Virus record (IMG/VR): IMGVR_UViG_3300025789_000018
Reading direction: 5' to 3' (one strand)
Source: a virus
Lineage: Duplodnaviria; Caudoviricetes
Length of the DNA: 64,000 bases
Made by a program: the position numbers and the translations under genes. Of the stretch, positions 28,168-39,036 are shown piece after piece. Under the pieces are notes generated by a model. That model worked only from the letters and a program-made list of their open reading frames with translations. It made no database searches and was not told the origin of the DNA. Each line of letters opens with the position of its first letter. Positions within the stretch are counted from its first letter, which is position 1.

Positions 28168-30471
28168 TTATATTCCTATTGCTGTCCAATATACTGTTGT
28201 ATTTGCACTATTACTTGTGAGTATAGTATATCCTGTTTTAGAAAGTGTAGTAACTGCAGGAACATATGTCGCGCCCGTTGTGCTGGCAACAGCAGTAAAA
28301 CTAAAAGCATTTACTGTATATGGAGTATAAAATGTTTGTGCAGATGTAGTTGAATTTACTAACAACGATCCCCACTTCATAACAATACCATTTGTTAATT
28401 GTGTTGATCCATTAGCTCCTACTGAAGCATTAGAAGAAGGTATTGTTGTACCAACAGAATTTACGTATAACACACCTGGAGATATATTTGAATATATTGA
28501 TGTGTTTCCTATTTGTATAGTATTTGTTGTTAGCGAAGAACCATTAGAAGTAGAAGATATTGTTCCAATTTGAATATTGCTACTTGATGCTATTGTTCCT
28601 GAAAACAACGAATTGCCTGCTGAATAAAAGCTATCCACACCAACAGCATATTTGTTGGTTACTTTTACAGTAGAACCATTAGCAGGATTGGCAAAATATG
28701 TTCCAAATAAGTTAGTTATTGTTATGTTAGAATTCAAAGCTGAGTATGTAGGAGTTTCAAAATTATTCATGTATGTAGAAGAAATAACGGCATTACTTGC
28801 AGTTGTGGTATCTGTATACGTAGCGTTTGCAATGACAATTCCAGCTCCATACGTACCCCATGCTGGCAATGAAGTGTTGGCATTCGTTGGAATAATTGTA
28901 CTTAGTTGGATAGAGCTAGTGCGGTTGGTTGTAGGTAGAGTACCACTTGTTGCACCAGTTGTTTGACGGAAACTATACACTCCTGAATACGCGTAAGCTG
29001 AAACAGAAATGTATTTGTTTTGACCACCAGAAGTAGTACTGAACCAAACCTGATACGAGGAAAGAGCTTGAGGATAAGAAACACTCCAGTAAATATCAAT
29101 AGAGGTACCTGCTCCAGTATTGAAAGATACTTCTTGGCTAGGTAATGTTGGATTACCGAATGAATCGATGCCCACAACTTTAAAATAATAAGTTGTGTTG
29201 TTTGCAAGACTTCCGGGAAGTGTTCCAGCTTTAGGAACAACCACACCGATAGTGATTGGTTGACATATAGGTGACACTATGCTTGGTATAGTATCTAAAA
29301 CAACAGTTTGAATTGATGTATTAGAATCCGAGGATCCTGTGGTATTCCACAGATTGAAATTACCATCATTGTCTATATAAACGACACCACCACCACCGAG
29401 TGTTATTGGCAGGTAGTATGTGTCGGAAGTTGTGGCGTAAGGATTACCAGCAAAGGTGGATGTCTGAATCCCGTTGCTTCCTGAACTGCCAGCAGCAAAA
29501 GCTACATTAGAATAAATGTTAACAACGGAAGCATTAACAACACCACCGTATACTGGCAAATAAGCAGCAATATTAGCATTTAAACCTGCTTTAGTCTGAT
29601 AAGCATCAGAAGTTAATCCACCAAAATATGTAGCATTATTAGCTGTATAAGCGAAACTAGAGTTTGTTGCATACACTGCCGAATTTACATTAAGATTCGC
29701 TTCAGTTTTACCACCAAGATAGGCAGCACTATTTGCTGAACCTGTGATACTAGCAGAAGCAGTAATGTAACCTGCTGGGTTAGATGCCAGATAATAGTTA
29801 GCTAGTGAGCTATTGGCAGCAAAGTATGAACTCTGGAACCCATTTAAGTAAGTAGCACTATTTGCGGAACCAGTGATGCTGGAAGAAGCAGTAATATAAC
29901 CTGCTGGATTTGATGCTAGATAGTAATTGGCTAGTGAACTGTTAGCTGCAAAGTATGAACTTGTAAACCCACCTAGATATGTAGCACTATTTGCGGTATA
30001 TGAGAATGTGGAATTTGTTGAATAAATTGCTGCATTTACATTGAGATTCGCTTCAGTTTTACCACCTAGATATGTAGCACTATTTGCGGAACCAGTAATG
30101 TTTGCTGATGCAGTAATATAACCTGCTGGATTTGATGCTAGATAGTAATTGGCTAGTGAACTGTTAGCTGCAAAGTATGAACTTGTAAACCCATTTAAGT
30201 AAGTAGCACTATTAGCAATGCCTGTATATGCAGTAGTTTGCACGGTATTATCAGGAAAAATTATAACGCCACTGTTAGCAAAGCACCATTTATCTATACC
30301 AGATGTGATGTTAATACTACTGTTTGAAATAATATTGCTTGTGTTGATAGAATTTGCAGTTAATATGTTAAAATAGCTATTTGAACCAAGTTGTATTTGG
30401 TTGCCAGGAAAATTTTGCAAAGAAATAGTATTTGCTGCATTCTTCAATACTACATTTATTCCGCTCGACAT
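28168..30471 (-). CDS. Tail fibre-like protein with internal repeats
   Basis: Repeated ANSATYL/FAANSSLANYYLASNPAGYIT units; C-terminal NGSTQLTNGIVMKWG fibre-tip motif. Confidence 0.75.
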   Translation of the reverse strand: MSSGINVVLKNAANTISLQNFPGNQIQLGSNSYFNILTANSINTSNIISNSSINITSGIDKWCFANSGVIIFPDNTVQTTAYTGIANSATYLNGFTSSYFAANSSLANYYLASNPAGYITASANITGSANSATYLGGKTEANLNVNAAIYSTNSTFSYTANSATYLGGFTSSYFAANSSLANYYLASNPAGYITASSSITGSANSATYLNGFQSSYFAANSSLANYYLASNPAGYITASASITGSANSAAYLGGKTEANLNVNSAVYATNSSFAYTANNATYFGGLTSDAYQTKAGLNANIAAYLPVYGGVVNASVVNIYSNVAFAAGSSGSNGIQTSTFAGNPYATTSDTYYLPITLGGGGVVYIDNDGNFNLWNTTGSSDSNTSIQTVVLDTIPSIVSPICQPITIGVVVPKAGTLPGSLANNTTYYFKVVGIDSFGNPTLPSQEVSFNTGAGTSIDIYWSVSYPQALSSYQVWFSTTSGGQNKYISVSAYAYSGVYSFRQTTGATSGTLPTTNRTSSIQLSTIIPTNANTSLPAWGTYGAGIVIANATYTDTTTASNAVISSTYMNNFETPTYSALNSNITITNLFGTYFANPANGSTVKVTNKYAVGVDSFYSAGNSLFSGTIASSSNIQIGTISSTSNGSSLTTNTIQIGNTSIYSNISPGVLYVNSVGTTIPSSNASVGANGSTQLTNGIVMKWGSLLVNSTTSAQTFYTPYTVNAFSFTAVASTTGATYVPAVTTLSKTGYTILTSNSANTTVYWTAIGI
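29660..30212. repeat. In-frame intragenic repeats in the fibre gene
   Basis: Three copies of ANSATYLxGFxSSYFAANSSLANYYLASNPAGYITAS and two of YLGGKTEANLNVN; exact 84-bp duplicate at 29888-29971 and 30110-30193. Confidence 0.9.
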
Positions 30472-30480
30472 TATGGTTCC

Positions 30481-30816
30481 TTAATATGTTGCTGTAGGAT
30501 TAACAGTAAGTATACCTTCTACCAATCGTGTCACAGAATTTGCTGTCATATTTTTTGCATCAATGTCATAAACATATCTACCAAAAGACATGTTTGCTGT
30601 TGTACCATAATCTAAAGAAATGGTAATTGTCCCATTTGTTGGTGTTGGGATACTAACAGAAAAGCTAACAGAAGAATTTGATGTATACCATTTTCTGATT
30701 TTGCCTTGAACAGTATAATTTGTTAAATCAATGGGATTTCCGCTACTATCTGTTAATGACAGATCAGTAGAAAACGTAGAACCTTGATCAACATATATGT
30801 TTGCTTTTGCTGCCAT
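30481..30816 (-). CDS. Small virion structural protein (BppU N-terminal-like adaptor)
   Basis: ANIYVDQGSTF...DLTNYTVQGKIRK...GRYVYDI...RLVEGILTV. Confidence 0.7.
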   Translation of the reverse strand: MAAKANIYVDQGSTFSTDLSLTDSSGNPIDLTNYTVQGKIRKWYTSNSSVSFSVSIPTPTNGTITISLDYGTTANMSFGRYVYDIDAKNMTANSVTRLVEGILTVNPTATY

Positions 30817-30825
30817 GTTATCCTC

Positions 30826-31443
30826 TTATACCGATAGAATTGTTTTTTGGAAAACAGCATTAACACCACCGCCTGCAATAGTAGTGTTTACTAGAGGTGT
30901 CATGGTAATAACAGCATTTCCTGAAGAAATACTAGCAGTAAAGACTGCAATAGGACCGCTAGTATTTGTACAAACAGTACCATATTCTGTAAGAACAACT
31001 GCTGCGGTGTTTTGCGTAATAAGCAATTCAGAACATTGCGCGCCAGCTGATGGCATATTGACTTGAATTACGTATTTTGCTGATCTATATGATGAAAGTG
31101 AAAATGTATCAATTTGTTGAGCAGCATTGGATGTTGAGTTTAATCTTCCACCCAACATAGAAAATATGTTTATTGTGGCAGCGCTGTTTGTTACAGCAAT
31201 ACCGCCGTCTACTGTTAGTGTATTTGGTGTTGATACACTGCCGCCACGAAGATATCCGTTAGCGACAAGAACAGTAGAAGAAAACGTACCATTAACAAAT
31301 CCATTGCCTGTACTTACATTGCCTGTAGCAGTACCATCAACTGAAACCATATTGTTGTTTACGGCAAGAGCGACCTGATTTGTATTATACAACCAAGTAG
31401 CAAAAGTATCTGTAGCTAAATTTGTTTGATTACCATTTATCAT
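30826..31443 (-). CDS. Fibre-associated structural protein
   Basis: TDTFATWLYNTN N-terminal motif and IDTFSLSSYRSAKYVIQV C-terminal domain, as in T4-like marine/freshwater fibre proteins. Confidence 0.65.
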   Translation of the reverse strand: MINGNQTNLATDTFATWLYNTNQVALAVNNNMVSVDGTATGNVSTGNGFVNGTFSSTVLVANGYLRGGSVSTPNTLTVDGGIAVTNSAATINIFSMLGGRLNSTSNAAQQIDTFSLSSYRSAKYVIQVNMPSAGAQCSELLITQNTAAVVLTEYGTVCTNTSGPIAVFTASISSGNAVITMTPLVNTTIAGGGVNAVFQKTILSV

Positions 31444-31661
31444 TTAGTTATTGCCTTTAGAATTTGAGAAAGCATTTCTTTCATTTCAACAAAATCAGAT
31501 TGCAAATTAGAAATATCTTCTTTAATTTTATTTTGCTCAAGTATTCTATTACGTTCTGCTTTATACAAATCTAAAGCATTAGTATCTGTATTTAGTATAG
31601 CTCCTGTTGTCATATCTCTACATAATCCAGGATGGGAGTCTATTTTAACTAATTTATTCAT
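31440..31661 (-). CDS. Conserved small hypothetical protein
   Basis: HPGLCRDMTTGAILNTD plus a C-terminal coiled coil; coupled to both neighbours. Confidence 0.7.
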   Translation of the reverse strand: MNKLVKIDSHPGLCRDMTTGAILNTDTNALDLYKAERNRILEQNKIKEDISNLQSDFVEMKEMLSQILKAITK

Positions 31662-33790
31662 TATGCACTAACACCAATAGCCTGGAATGAATTCATTGTC
31701 GGATAGACCGAGCTTGCATTTGCTCCAAGAAGAACAATCTTAAATGCCATACTATCGATCGCATCGTACTGAGACATAGAGCTATTGTAATATCTAACCA
31801 CGTTTGAATTTTGAGGATTGATAAACGCAGTATGTGGGGTTGACAATCTATCAACTAGCATATTACTCTGTACAAGACTTGTGTTTGTAGTAGAAACGTC
31901 CAAAGTGATAGAGTTAGCAGAGTTGACAGTTAACACAGTACCAATGAAGTATGTGTTTGTGTTAGGGAATAGAGCAGGATAAATCTTAACCAAGTCGCCC
32001 GCAACAACACCATTGATGCTATTACCGAAGTTTGTGTTAATCCCGGTAATAGTTGAGTTTCCGCTTGTTACAGTAACTGTACCATTAGCAGTATAGTTTG
32101 TTGGCGGATAAGGAGGCAATGACCAAGATAGATTTACATAATTTTGAGTATTGCCTGGAGTGCTCACTTGACCGTTATTCTGAGTATTTGGCAGCATGAG
32201 AGTCCAGTCTTTAGAGTTAAAGCTGTCTGGATCTTTTGCGTTGTATACCTTAGCATAAACAGCGACGTTTGTCGTTGGTGGGATATACGCAGAAGCATAA
32301 GCGAAGATATTTTCTGCTTGCTGGCCCTGATTAAACGAAACCTTTGTAGTAATGTGCTTAGAAACAGCATTACCCTGTGTTGTGTTTTCGTTTGTTTGGT
32401 CGTTATTTAGAATAGCAGCCGAAGAGAACAGATTCAATCTTTCGCCATAAAGCAGAGGAGAATCATAAATTGGCGAAGATGATGGCAAATTCATTCCCAT
32501 GTTCAACGTAATTCTAGCTGAACGATAATCGCTTATTGCTGCGTTTGGTTGATAGATCCCATTGTTGATCGAAAGAACTTCAAGCGATCTAGAAAGAATT
32601 GCAGCATTACCGTTAAAGCTATTCACAGGTAAAGTAGTTAATGTGTTATTGTTGAACTTAATATCATTACCCGAATAGAAAGTATATGATGAAGGATTGC
32701 TTGGATTGACAAACGCAAAATTGATAGATGGATTAAAGTATCCAGTAGAAGGCGTTGTGATAAAGAGTTCTGGGGTAAACTGATCTACAGTAATCGGCAA
32801 TACAGAAGCGATTGTTGCTGTTGCGTTTGAGTGCTCGCCAACAATTGTATTACCAGTCTGCAGATAAAACGTCGAGTTTGCTGTCGATCCGCTAAGAATA
32901 ATAGAATTTGATGTTTGATTGATGTTATACACATTGGCAATCATAGATTTCAAATATCTAGCATTGTTGTTGGTTACAGGCAATGGTTCTGTAACGTACA
33001 ATACAGTATCGCTTGCTGGTGTATTTGCTACCTGTCTGATAAAATTACCAGCTGATGTAGAAATTACAATATAATCGTTTGAACTGAACGTGCTTAAGAA
33101 TCTTGTACTAGTTCCTGTAACTGTACTGTTTCCAGTAATTACACTTATTGTTTGCGCAGAAACATATGATCCATTAGTTGCGAATACATTCTCACCACCA
33201 ATAAAAGTTCCAGTGATAGACGAATAGTTGAGAGACTCTACACCACTGTCAGCAACGACAACAGTTTGTGTATTGCTAGTAAACTGTGCAATATTAACAG
33301 AGAAACAAATATCTGTAGAACTTACAGGATTCCATGTTCCATCATTTTGAAAGTTGAATTTTTGTCCTTGGAAATTAGAAACACCAGCAAAAGCTGTAGA
33401 TCCACCAAGAATAACATCTCCGGTTTTGGCTTCCCATAATTGATAACCTGGATCATCAAAAGCAATCAGAACAGCATAAGTCGCACCAGTAGAAAGTTGA
33501 ACTGGTGTTTTAAAATTGAATGTAGTAGGAACATCTGCAGTTGGCGATGGATTGATTGCAGCATATTCTGCTCTTGTTATAGAATTTAGATATACGCTTG
33601 TAGGGTCAGGAACCCCATTGATAGTTTTGGCCAAAGAAACTTGCATACCAGGGGCATACATTCCTGATACCGTTTTGCCCATAGTAGGTTGCGTTTTTAC
33701 ATAAAGAGTTATGCTCGTTACATATATGTTATCAGAGTTAGAAACTGCTTGAGGATCAACATAAAAGGTTTGAGCTAAATTATTAGACAT
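31661..33790 (-). CDS. Virion structural protein resembling the C-terminal part of VrlC/DUF4815-type proteins
   Basis: LAQTFYVD...YVTSITLYV, YAVLIAFD, KHITTKVSF, FKIVL. Confidence 0.7.
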   Translation of the reverse strand: MSNNLAQTFYVDPQAVSNSDNIYVTSITLYVKTQPTMGKTVSGMYAPGMQVSLAKTINGVPDPTSVYLNSITRAEYAAINPSPTADVPTTFNFKTPVQLSTGATYAVLIAFDDPGYQLWEAKTGDVILGGSTAFAGVSNFQGQKFNFQNDGTWNPVSSTDICFSVNIAQFTSNTQTVVVADSGVESLNYSSITGTFIGGENVFATNGSYVSAQTISVITGNSTVTGTSTRFLSTFSSNDYIVISTSAGNFIRQVANTPASDTVLYVTEPLPVTNNNARYLKSMIANVYNINQTSNSIILSGSTANSTFYLQTGNTIVGEHSNATATIASVLPITVDQFTPELFITTPSTGYFNPSINFAFVNPSNPSSYTFYSGNDIKFNNNTLTTLPVNSFNGNAAILSRSLEVLSINNGIYQPNAAISDYRSARITLNMGMNLPSSSPIYDSPLLYGERLNLFSSAAILNNDQTNENTTQGNAVSKHITTKVSFNQGQQAENIFAYASAYIPPTTNVAVYAKVYNAKDPDSFNSKDWTLMLPNTQNNGQVSTPGNTQNYVNLSWSLPPYPPTNYTANGTVTVTSGNSTITGINTNFGNSINGVVAGDLVKIYPALFPNTNTYFIGTVLTVNSANSITLDVSTTNTSLVQSNMLVDRLSTPHTAFINPQNSNVVRYYNSSMSQYDAIDSMAFKIVLLGANASSVYPTMNSFQAIGVSA

Positions 33791-33803
33791 AATATCTTAA
33801 TCC

Positions 33804-36800
33804 TTAACGATAAAATCTGTAATATGGCCACCAGCAATAGTCATAACCAATTGGTACAACATAATTGCTTGCTGGGATGACATTAATTGTTGCTTGTGCT
33901 GTAGAACTGTTATCCGCCGTAGCAACAATAGCAACCTTGGATGCTGCTAGTGAGTTAGATAGAGCTTGGGCAGCAGACAATCCGGTTGTTGTGGAATTTA
34001 TTCCATTTCCGAAGTAGAACGAGAACTCCATTTGACCGTGCTGATCAGATACAAGACCACCACCCAGAGTGCCACCGAATTGCTTACATAGAGCTGTTTG
34101 ATCAGTTCCATCAAACGTAAACGTATGTTTAGTAGATGGTCTTAGCCCAGTAACAGCAAAATCAAATTTCTGCTGGTTTGCATAGTAATATAGACCATTG
34201 TACAATCCATAAACACCGTAATACCATGGATATGGAACATATCCAGTCAACAGATACACACCAGAAGCAGCATATGCATACGAATATGTATATAGCTGGA
34301 AAGTGCTTGGTGACGGAATCAGAGTACCGCTATAAGTCGAAGGAACAACAGCAGAAGTAGTTGTTGATGGATACTGAATTGTATCTACAGGATATGAGAA
34401 TCTGTAATTGTAATATTCAAATTCCCACCATCTATTATATGTATAGATCTTATAGTATTGCCCCTTTGAAGGGTCATGGGTGAAGTTGTACTGGTACATG
34501 CTTCCAATAGGAGCAAAGTTGCCTGGAGAGTTAGACACCGCTGCAACATACTGATTCAATCCTATAGTGTTTGATGATAGCGGAATAGAACCATCACCGT
34601 TAAATCCAAGAACACCAGTTAATGCATAACTGCTATTGTATCCAGGATATCCTCCAGCATAAAATGGAGGATGATAGATTACATCAGATTCTGGATCTGG
34701 TGTCTGGAAGATAATATATCCTCTATATCCATACCACCAGTCTCTACTAAACACAAACGAGCACGTATTCGAAGTTGCGCTTGCCTTAAATGTATCAATA
34801 GAAACACCAAATCCTGAATTGAACGCATTCATTGTTTGCTGAACAACAACGGGTGATGGTGGTGGTACTGCTCCGTTAGTAGCGGCTGTCTGTTTTACAA
34901 GACGAGTTTCTACATACGGAAGAACAATAGCGTTACCAATCTTAGAATATGAAGTTGCACCAAAATCATTAACAAAATCAATAGGAATATTAGTTGCTGC
35001 CTGGAACGGAACTAACAGGCCATTATTAACGACAGCGGTATTCTCTGGGTTTGTTGTGTCAGTATATTGTGTGCTGCTGAAATCATCAGCAAAAAATCCA
35101 TATTTGAATCTATTTGTTGTTGCTGTGATAGAAGAAGGAATTTGCACATTTTGTACACTCTGTTCAAGCTGAGACAGAGAAACGTACTGTTCTAGCTGAT
35201 AAATTCTTCTTTCAAGATTAGCAATATCTGACATAGTATATCCACTAACCTGAACAGCGTTATTTCCTGTATTGGACACAAAAGGAGCAACAACAGTTTG
35301 GTTTGCAATTCTTTGTAAACTATATGATTGAGAAGCAACTTTAGTATCAAGAATTGACAGATAGTCTGAAGACATATTCTGTGGGATAGAAGGATAAGCA
35401 GGAACCTTAACCAAGCTAATAGTAATACCTGCACTTGGTGTTGGCGGAGGAATTAGAGTTCCTGGAGTTCCAGTAGAATCAAGAACTTGTCCGCTTCCAG
35501 TCACAACAATAGAATCAACTCTTCCAAGATAGCTGACTTGATCACAAATGTGACTTGATCCAGGAACAGGGAAGTTGAAGGTAACTCCACTAAACTTGGT
35601 AGTGCTATTTGATGAAGGTGGATTGATTGGTGCACTTGATGTGCTATTTGTGATAGCAACAGTATTTACAACCGAAGGTCTGAAATCGATAGTATTGATA
35701 AGATCATAATATGCGCCGGTTCCTCCTGTGATTTCAGGAACCTCAACAGCATTAACATATGATGTAGTTAGTGTTGTTGAGTTTGCAGCATCTGTATTTA
35801 CGTTAACATTATATGAGCTAACTGTTTTTACTGTGCTCGAAACTGGAATTGTGAAGTTATCATAAACAACCAATAGAGCTGAGTTGCTTGCTGCAAGCGG
35901 AAGCGAAACTCCTGGCTTTCTATATAGCAACGAAAGATCCATGTAATCTGTTTTCTGGTTGCTATCAACATAGAACATGTTGGTAACATCAGTCAAAGTT
36001 TGAGTAGATGGGCCGATATTTTTTAACGGAACACCAGTAAACGTAACATTTCCTGCAACAGCGCTGGAGTTAAAGGTTACGTTAGATCCACCAGAAGTGG
36101 TTGATACAGAAAATCCAGTCGAATTTGCGTAAACAGCAAAATAAGTTGTGCCGTTAGTTAGACCAGATAGACCCGCAGAAACTGCACTGTTAGAATAAGT
36201 AAAGCTATCGCCGTTAGCAAATACGTTATTGGAAATTGTGATTCTTGCCGAAGAAGTAGCACTTCCTGAAACGTTAGCTTGAGCGTCAATGCTTTGTGTA
36301 TACGGAGAAGAAAGGAAAACGTTTCTTAATCTGAATACACCAGGAACACCCAGATTCCAAGGACCAGTGTCACCACTCGCATTATTAGAAGCAACAATCT
36401 TGATCAGGTTGTTTCTATTAATTGTAATGTTATCTGGCGAAGAAGCAACAGTGTTTGCGTTATAACTAATCGATAGAGGATATGATGAGATGAAAGTCTG
36501 AGCAAATTGAATCGTTAGTGTCTGCGCACTACTGTTTACGTTAACATAACGATTTGGGCGACCATCGATAGGAATAGGAACGTTATTTGGGAATACCTGA
36601 GTAGCGTTAGCTGTAGAAGTTGTAGCTACAGGAACAGAATCAAGGTTAACAGTTACACTGCTTCCTGCTACAGTAAGAGCAGTAATTCTATTAGTTGTTG
36701 TTGATGTAGCGTTAGAAATCTGTAAGTAGTCACCAACATATAGATTTGTCGCACCACCACTAGATGCTAATATGATACTATTTGCAGTTGAGCTGGTCTG

Positions 36801-39023
36801 GCCATTTGTTGTTGCCAATAATGTAGTGAATGGAATTGTTGCAGTAGGAACAACGATAATATCTTGTGCGCTATTCAGAGTTGTGCCTGGAGTATAAGGG
36901 AATGTATTAGAACCAGTCAGCGTAATAGACACACTATTTCCGCTGAACGAACCGATTGTAGCAGTTGTTCTGTATTGGAATTTGTGATTTGCTGTTGACT
37001 TCAGCATCGATGCTGTGCCTGAAGGGAACAGTAGTGTTGAATTAGTATTTACGATCTTAGCAACATTTGTTCCAGTTGTTGTATCTACGGCTAAGATAAC
37101 GTCAGCAATAGCTGAGTTTGATGTTCCTACAACAGACTTTACTGATCTAAAGTTAGCGCCATTCGACATAGCAACGTCAAACAGATACAGTCTATTTGAG
37201 CCAGTAGGTGTTCCTTGAATTCCTCCAGGAAGAACAACCTGAGATCTAATTCTGGCAGTACCAATAATATTTCCTACTGGAGAAATTGTTCCAGTAGCAT
37301 ATCCGCCTGCAGCATTTGAAATAAACTGGTTGGCTGTGTCATAGAATGTGACAAGATCACCAGTTGTGAACTTGAACATACCACCAATTTCTTGGCAGTC
37401 AATATAGTTATTGTAAATTAGAGAAGTAGCAACTGCAGAAACAGAGTTAGTATCAATACCTTTATTTACAGGAAGATAATAATTGCCATTGGTCTTTACT
37501 CTATATCCACCAATATATGCTTCGCCTGGATTTACAACAATGTTGAATGTGCTGTTTGCCTGAGAAGCGGTTGTTGTTGTTTTTGATGTGACTAGGAAAG
37601 GATCAATAACGAAATCGCCGCTAACATCATATGTTCTTTGTGCCATCTCATCTTCGATGACATTATACTGTGTTTGTTGATTTTGCTGATATGGCTGGCC
37701 CTGCGACCAAGTAACCAACGGAAGAAAATCTGTATTAGAAGCTGCAGAAGTTGTAGTAAGAACAGTAAGAGTTGGTGTTAGTTGTAATCTATCTGCTCCT
37801 GGTGACAGATAGCCGTCGGTACCAACAGCGTTGTCATACAACGAAGGATCAACATAAGCAGTTACAATGCTTTCGGCTGTATCAAACCCAACAGAAACTG
37901 CATCAGGAGTAGAACTGTATGGGCTAACTACGATAGTCTGAGAACTTACCTGAGAGAAGTATCCCTTCTGGTAGATAACACCATCAGTTACACCAAATGC
38001 ATATCCATTTCCAACTGGATTTGCTACGCTTGATGGAATAGTAACTTGTGCAATATAGTTTTGAGCAACCAGACTTGCTCCTGATCCTGTAGCCGAACGA
38101 ACGAAAACAGAAGGAGAAATGCTATAGTTGTTTCCTGTGCTGTTAAGAACAACGCTGGTAATAGCTCCTGTATACGTATTCGTAATAAGAGAAGCAGAAG
38201 CACCAGTGCCGATAGAATTTGCTACGGTTGCGCTTGGTCCAGCAGTTCCTTGTCCACCAAGTTGGCTATATTGTGTTACAGTTGATCCTGAAGAGAACGA
38301 CCATGCTTGAGTGTTTGGACTTCCGCTCGCTTGTAAGTCTGAAGCATTTGGCTGCAGAGTAAGAGCATAGTATCCTGGAGCATTTGTAGTATAAACACCA
38401 GTAATTGTCGCGTTACCGCCACCCGAAGACCAGATATATTGTCCAGTAGTAAACGCTGAACTGTTGCCATAAACGAGAATACTATCAACAAAAATTACAG
38501 AGTCTGTATTTGCGTATGAAGAACCTGCCCCAATAATATTAACATTGTTAATTGGATAATTATTGTTATATATTTGGAGGGTGTCACCTACAGAGAACTG
38601 CGTTGTGTTATAGTTATATCCAGAATTTATGTATTTTAGATATATCGTATTAAGGTATGGAGCAGTTGACACATATCCTGTGTTGCCCCCAAGAATATAA
38701 GCAGCCAACCCTGTGGTTGTATTGATAATATAATTGTTTACGTAGTTATTTACGTTTGTAGGTGTATTGTCTACCTGAGTGTCAGCAAGTTTAATGTATG
38801 GGTAATTAGGCATAAAGGTGAAGTTACAGCCTTCAACTATTGTGCCTCTTTTTAGAATATTGTCACCGAACTGTTCTACTTGATTCTGGAGAACAGTTTG
38901 AAGTTGGTTTAATTCTCTCGTCTGAACAGCAATCCCAGGCTTGAACAGAATTTTGCTGTAATTGTTAGTTACATTAAAATCGTCAAAATATGGGTTTCCA
39001 CTTAGATTAGTTTGGATTGGCAT
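33804..39023 (-). CDS. Large virion/baseplate protein, VrlC/DUF4815-like
   Basis: NPYFDDF...ILFKPGIAVQTRELNQLQTVLQNQVEQFG, PGADRLQL, RTYDVSGDF, GEAYIGGY, YTMSDIANLERRI, RFKYGFFADDF. Confidence 0.8.
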   Translation of the reverse strand: MPIQTNLSGNPYFDDFNVTNNYSKILFKPGIAVQTRELNQLQTVLQNQVEQFGDNILKRGTIVEGCNFTFMPNYPYIKLADTQVDNTPTNVNNYVNNYIINTTTGLAAYILGGNTGYVSTAPYLNTIYLKYINSGYNYNTTQFSVGDTLQIYNNNYPINNVNIIGAGSSYANTDSVIFVDSILVYGNSSAFTTGQYIWSSGGGNATITGVYTTNAPGYYALTLQPNASDLQASGSPNTQAWSFSSGSTVTQYSQLGGQGTAGPSATVANSIGTGASASLITNTYTGAITSVVLNSTGNNYSISPSVFVRSATGSGASLVAQNYIAQVTIPSSVANPVGNGYAFGVTDGVIYQKGYFSQVSSQTIVVSPYSSTPDAVSVGFDTAESIVTAYVDPSLYDNAVGTDGYLSPGADRLQLTPTLTVLTTTSAASNTDFLPLVTWSQGQPYQQNQQTQYNVIEDEMAQRTYDVSGDFVIDPFLVTSKTTTTASQANSTFNIVVNPGEAYIGGYRVKTNGNYYLPVNKGIDTNSVSAVATSLIYNNYIDCQEIGGMFKFTTGDLVTFYDTANQFISNAAGGYATGTISPVGNIIGTARIRSQVVLPGGIQGTPTGSNRLYLFDVAMSNGANFRSVKSVVGTSNSAIADVILAVDTTTGTNVAKIVNTNSTLLFPSGTASMLKSTANHKFQYRTTATIGSFSGNSVSITLTGSNTFPYTPGTTLNSAQDIIVVPTATIPFTTLLATTNGQTSSTANSIILASSGGATNLYVGDYLQISNATSTTTNRITALTVAGSSVTVNLDSVPVATTSTANATQVFPNNVPIPIDGRPNRYVNVNSSAQTLTIQFAQTFISSYPLSISYNANTVASSPDNITINRNNLIKIVASNNASGDTGPWNLGVPGVFRLRNVFLSSPYTQSIDAQANVSGSATSSARITISNNVFANGDSFTYSNSAVSAGLSGLTNGTTYFAVYANSTGFSVSTTSGGSNVTFNSSAVAGNVTFTGVPLKNIGPSTQTLTDVTNMFYVDSNQKTDYMDLSLLYRKPGVSLPLAASNSALLVVYDNFTIPVSSTVKTVSSYNVNVNTDAANSTTLTTSYVNAVEVPEITGGTGAYYDLINTIDFRPSVVNTVAITNSTSSAPINPPSSNSTTKFSGVTFNFPVPGSSHICDQVSYLGRVDSIVVTGSGQVLDSTGTPGTLIPPPTPSAGITISLVKVPAYPSIPQNMSSDYLSILDTKVASQSYSLQRIANQTVVAPFVSNTGNNAVQVSGYTMSDIANLERRIYQLEQYVSLSQLEQSVQNVQIPSSITATTNRFKYGFFADDFSSTQYTDTTNPENTAVVNNGLLVPFQAATNIPIDFVNDFGATSYSKIGNAIVLPYVETRLVKQTAATNGAVPPPSPVVVQQTMNAFNSGFGVSIDTFKASATSNTCSFVFSRDWWYGYRGYIIFQTPDPESDVIYHPPFYAGGYPGYNSSYALTGVLGFNGDGSIPLSSNTIGLNQYVAAVSNSPGNFAPIGSMYQYNFTHDPSKGQYYKIYTYNRWWEFEYYNYRFSYPVDTIQYPSTTTSAVVPSTYSGTLIPSPSTFQLYTYSYAYAASGVYLLTGYVPYPWYYGVYGLYNGLYYYANQQKFDFAVTGLRPSTKHTFTFDGTDQTALCKQFGGTLGGGLVSDQHGQMEFSFYFGNGINSTTTGLSAAQALSNSLAASKVAIVATADNSSTAQATINVIPASNYVVPIGYDYCWWPYYRFYR

Positions 39024-39036
39024 TCAATATTCCCTT

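Noticed and set aside
29660-30212. Direct repeats considered as a CRISPR array or DGR template/variable repeat
   Set aside because: Repeats are long, in frame and coding, with no unique spacers; the 84-bp copies are identical rather than A-specifically mutated; no reverse transcriptase or cas gene in the window
33790-33804. Possible frameshift or sequencing error splitting the VrlC-like gene
   Set aside because: Clean TAA followed by an AAGGA RBS-like spacer and ATG; the first ORF has a distinct C-terminal tail, so two real genes are more likely
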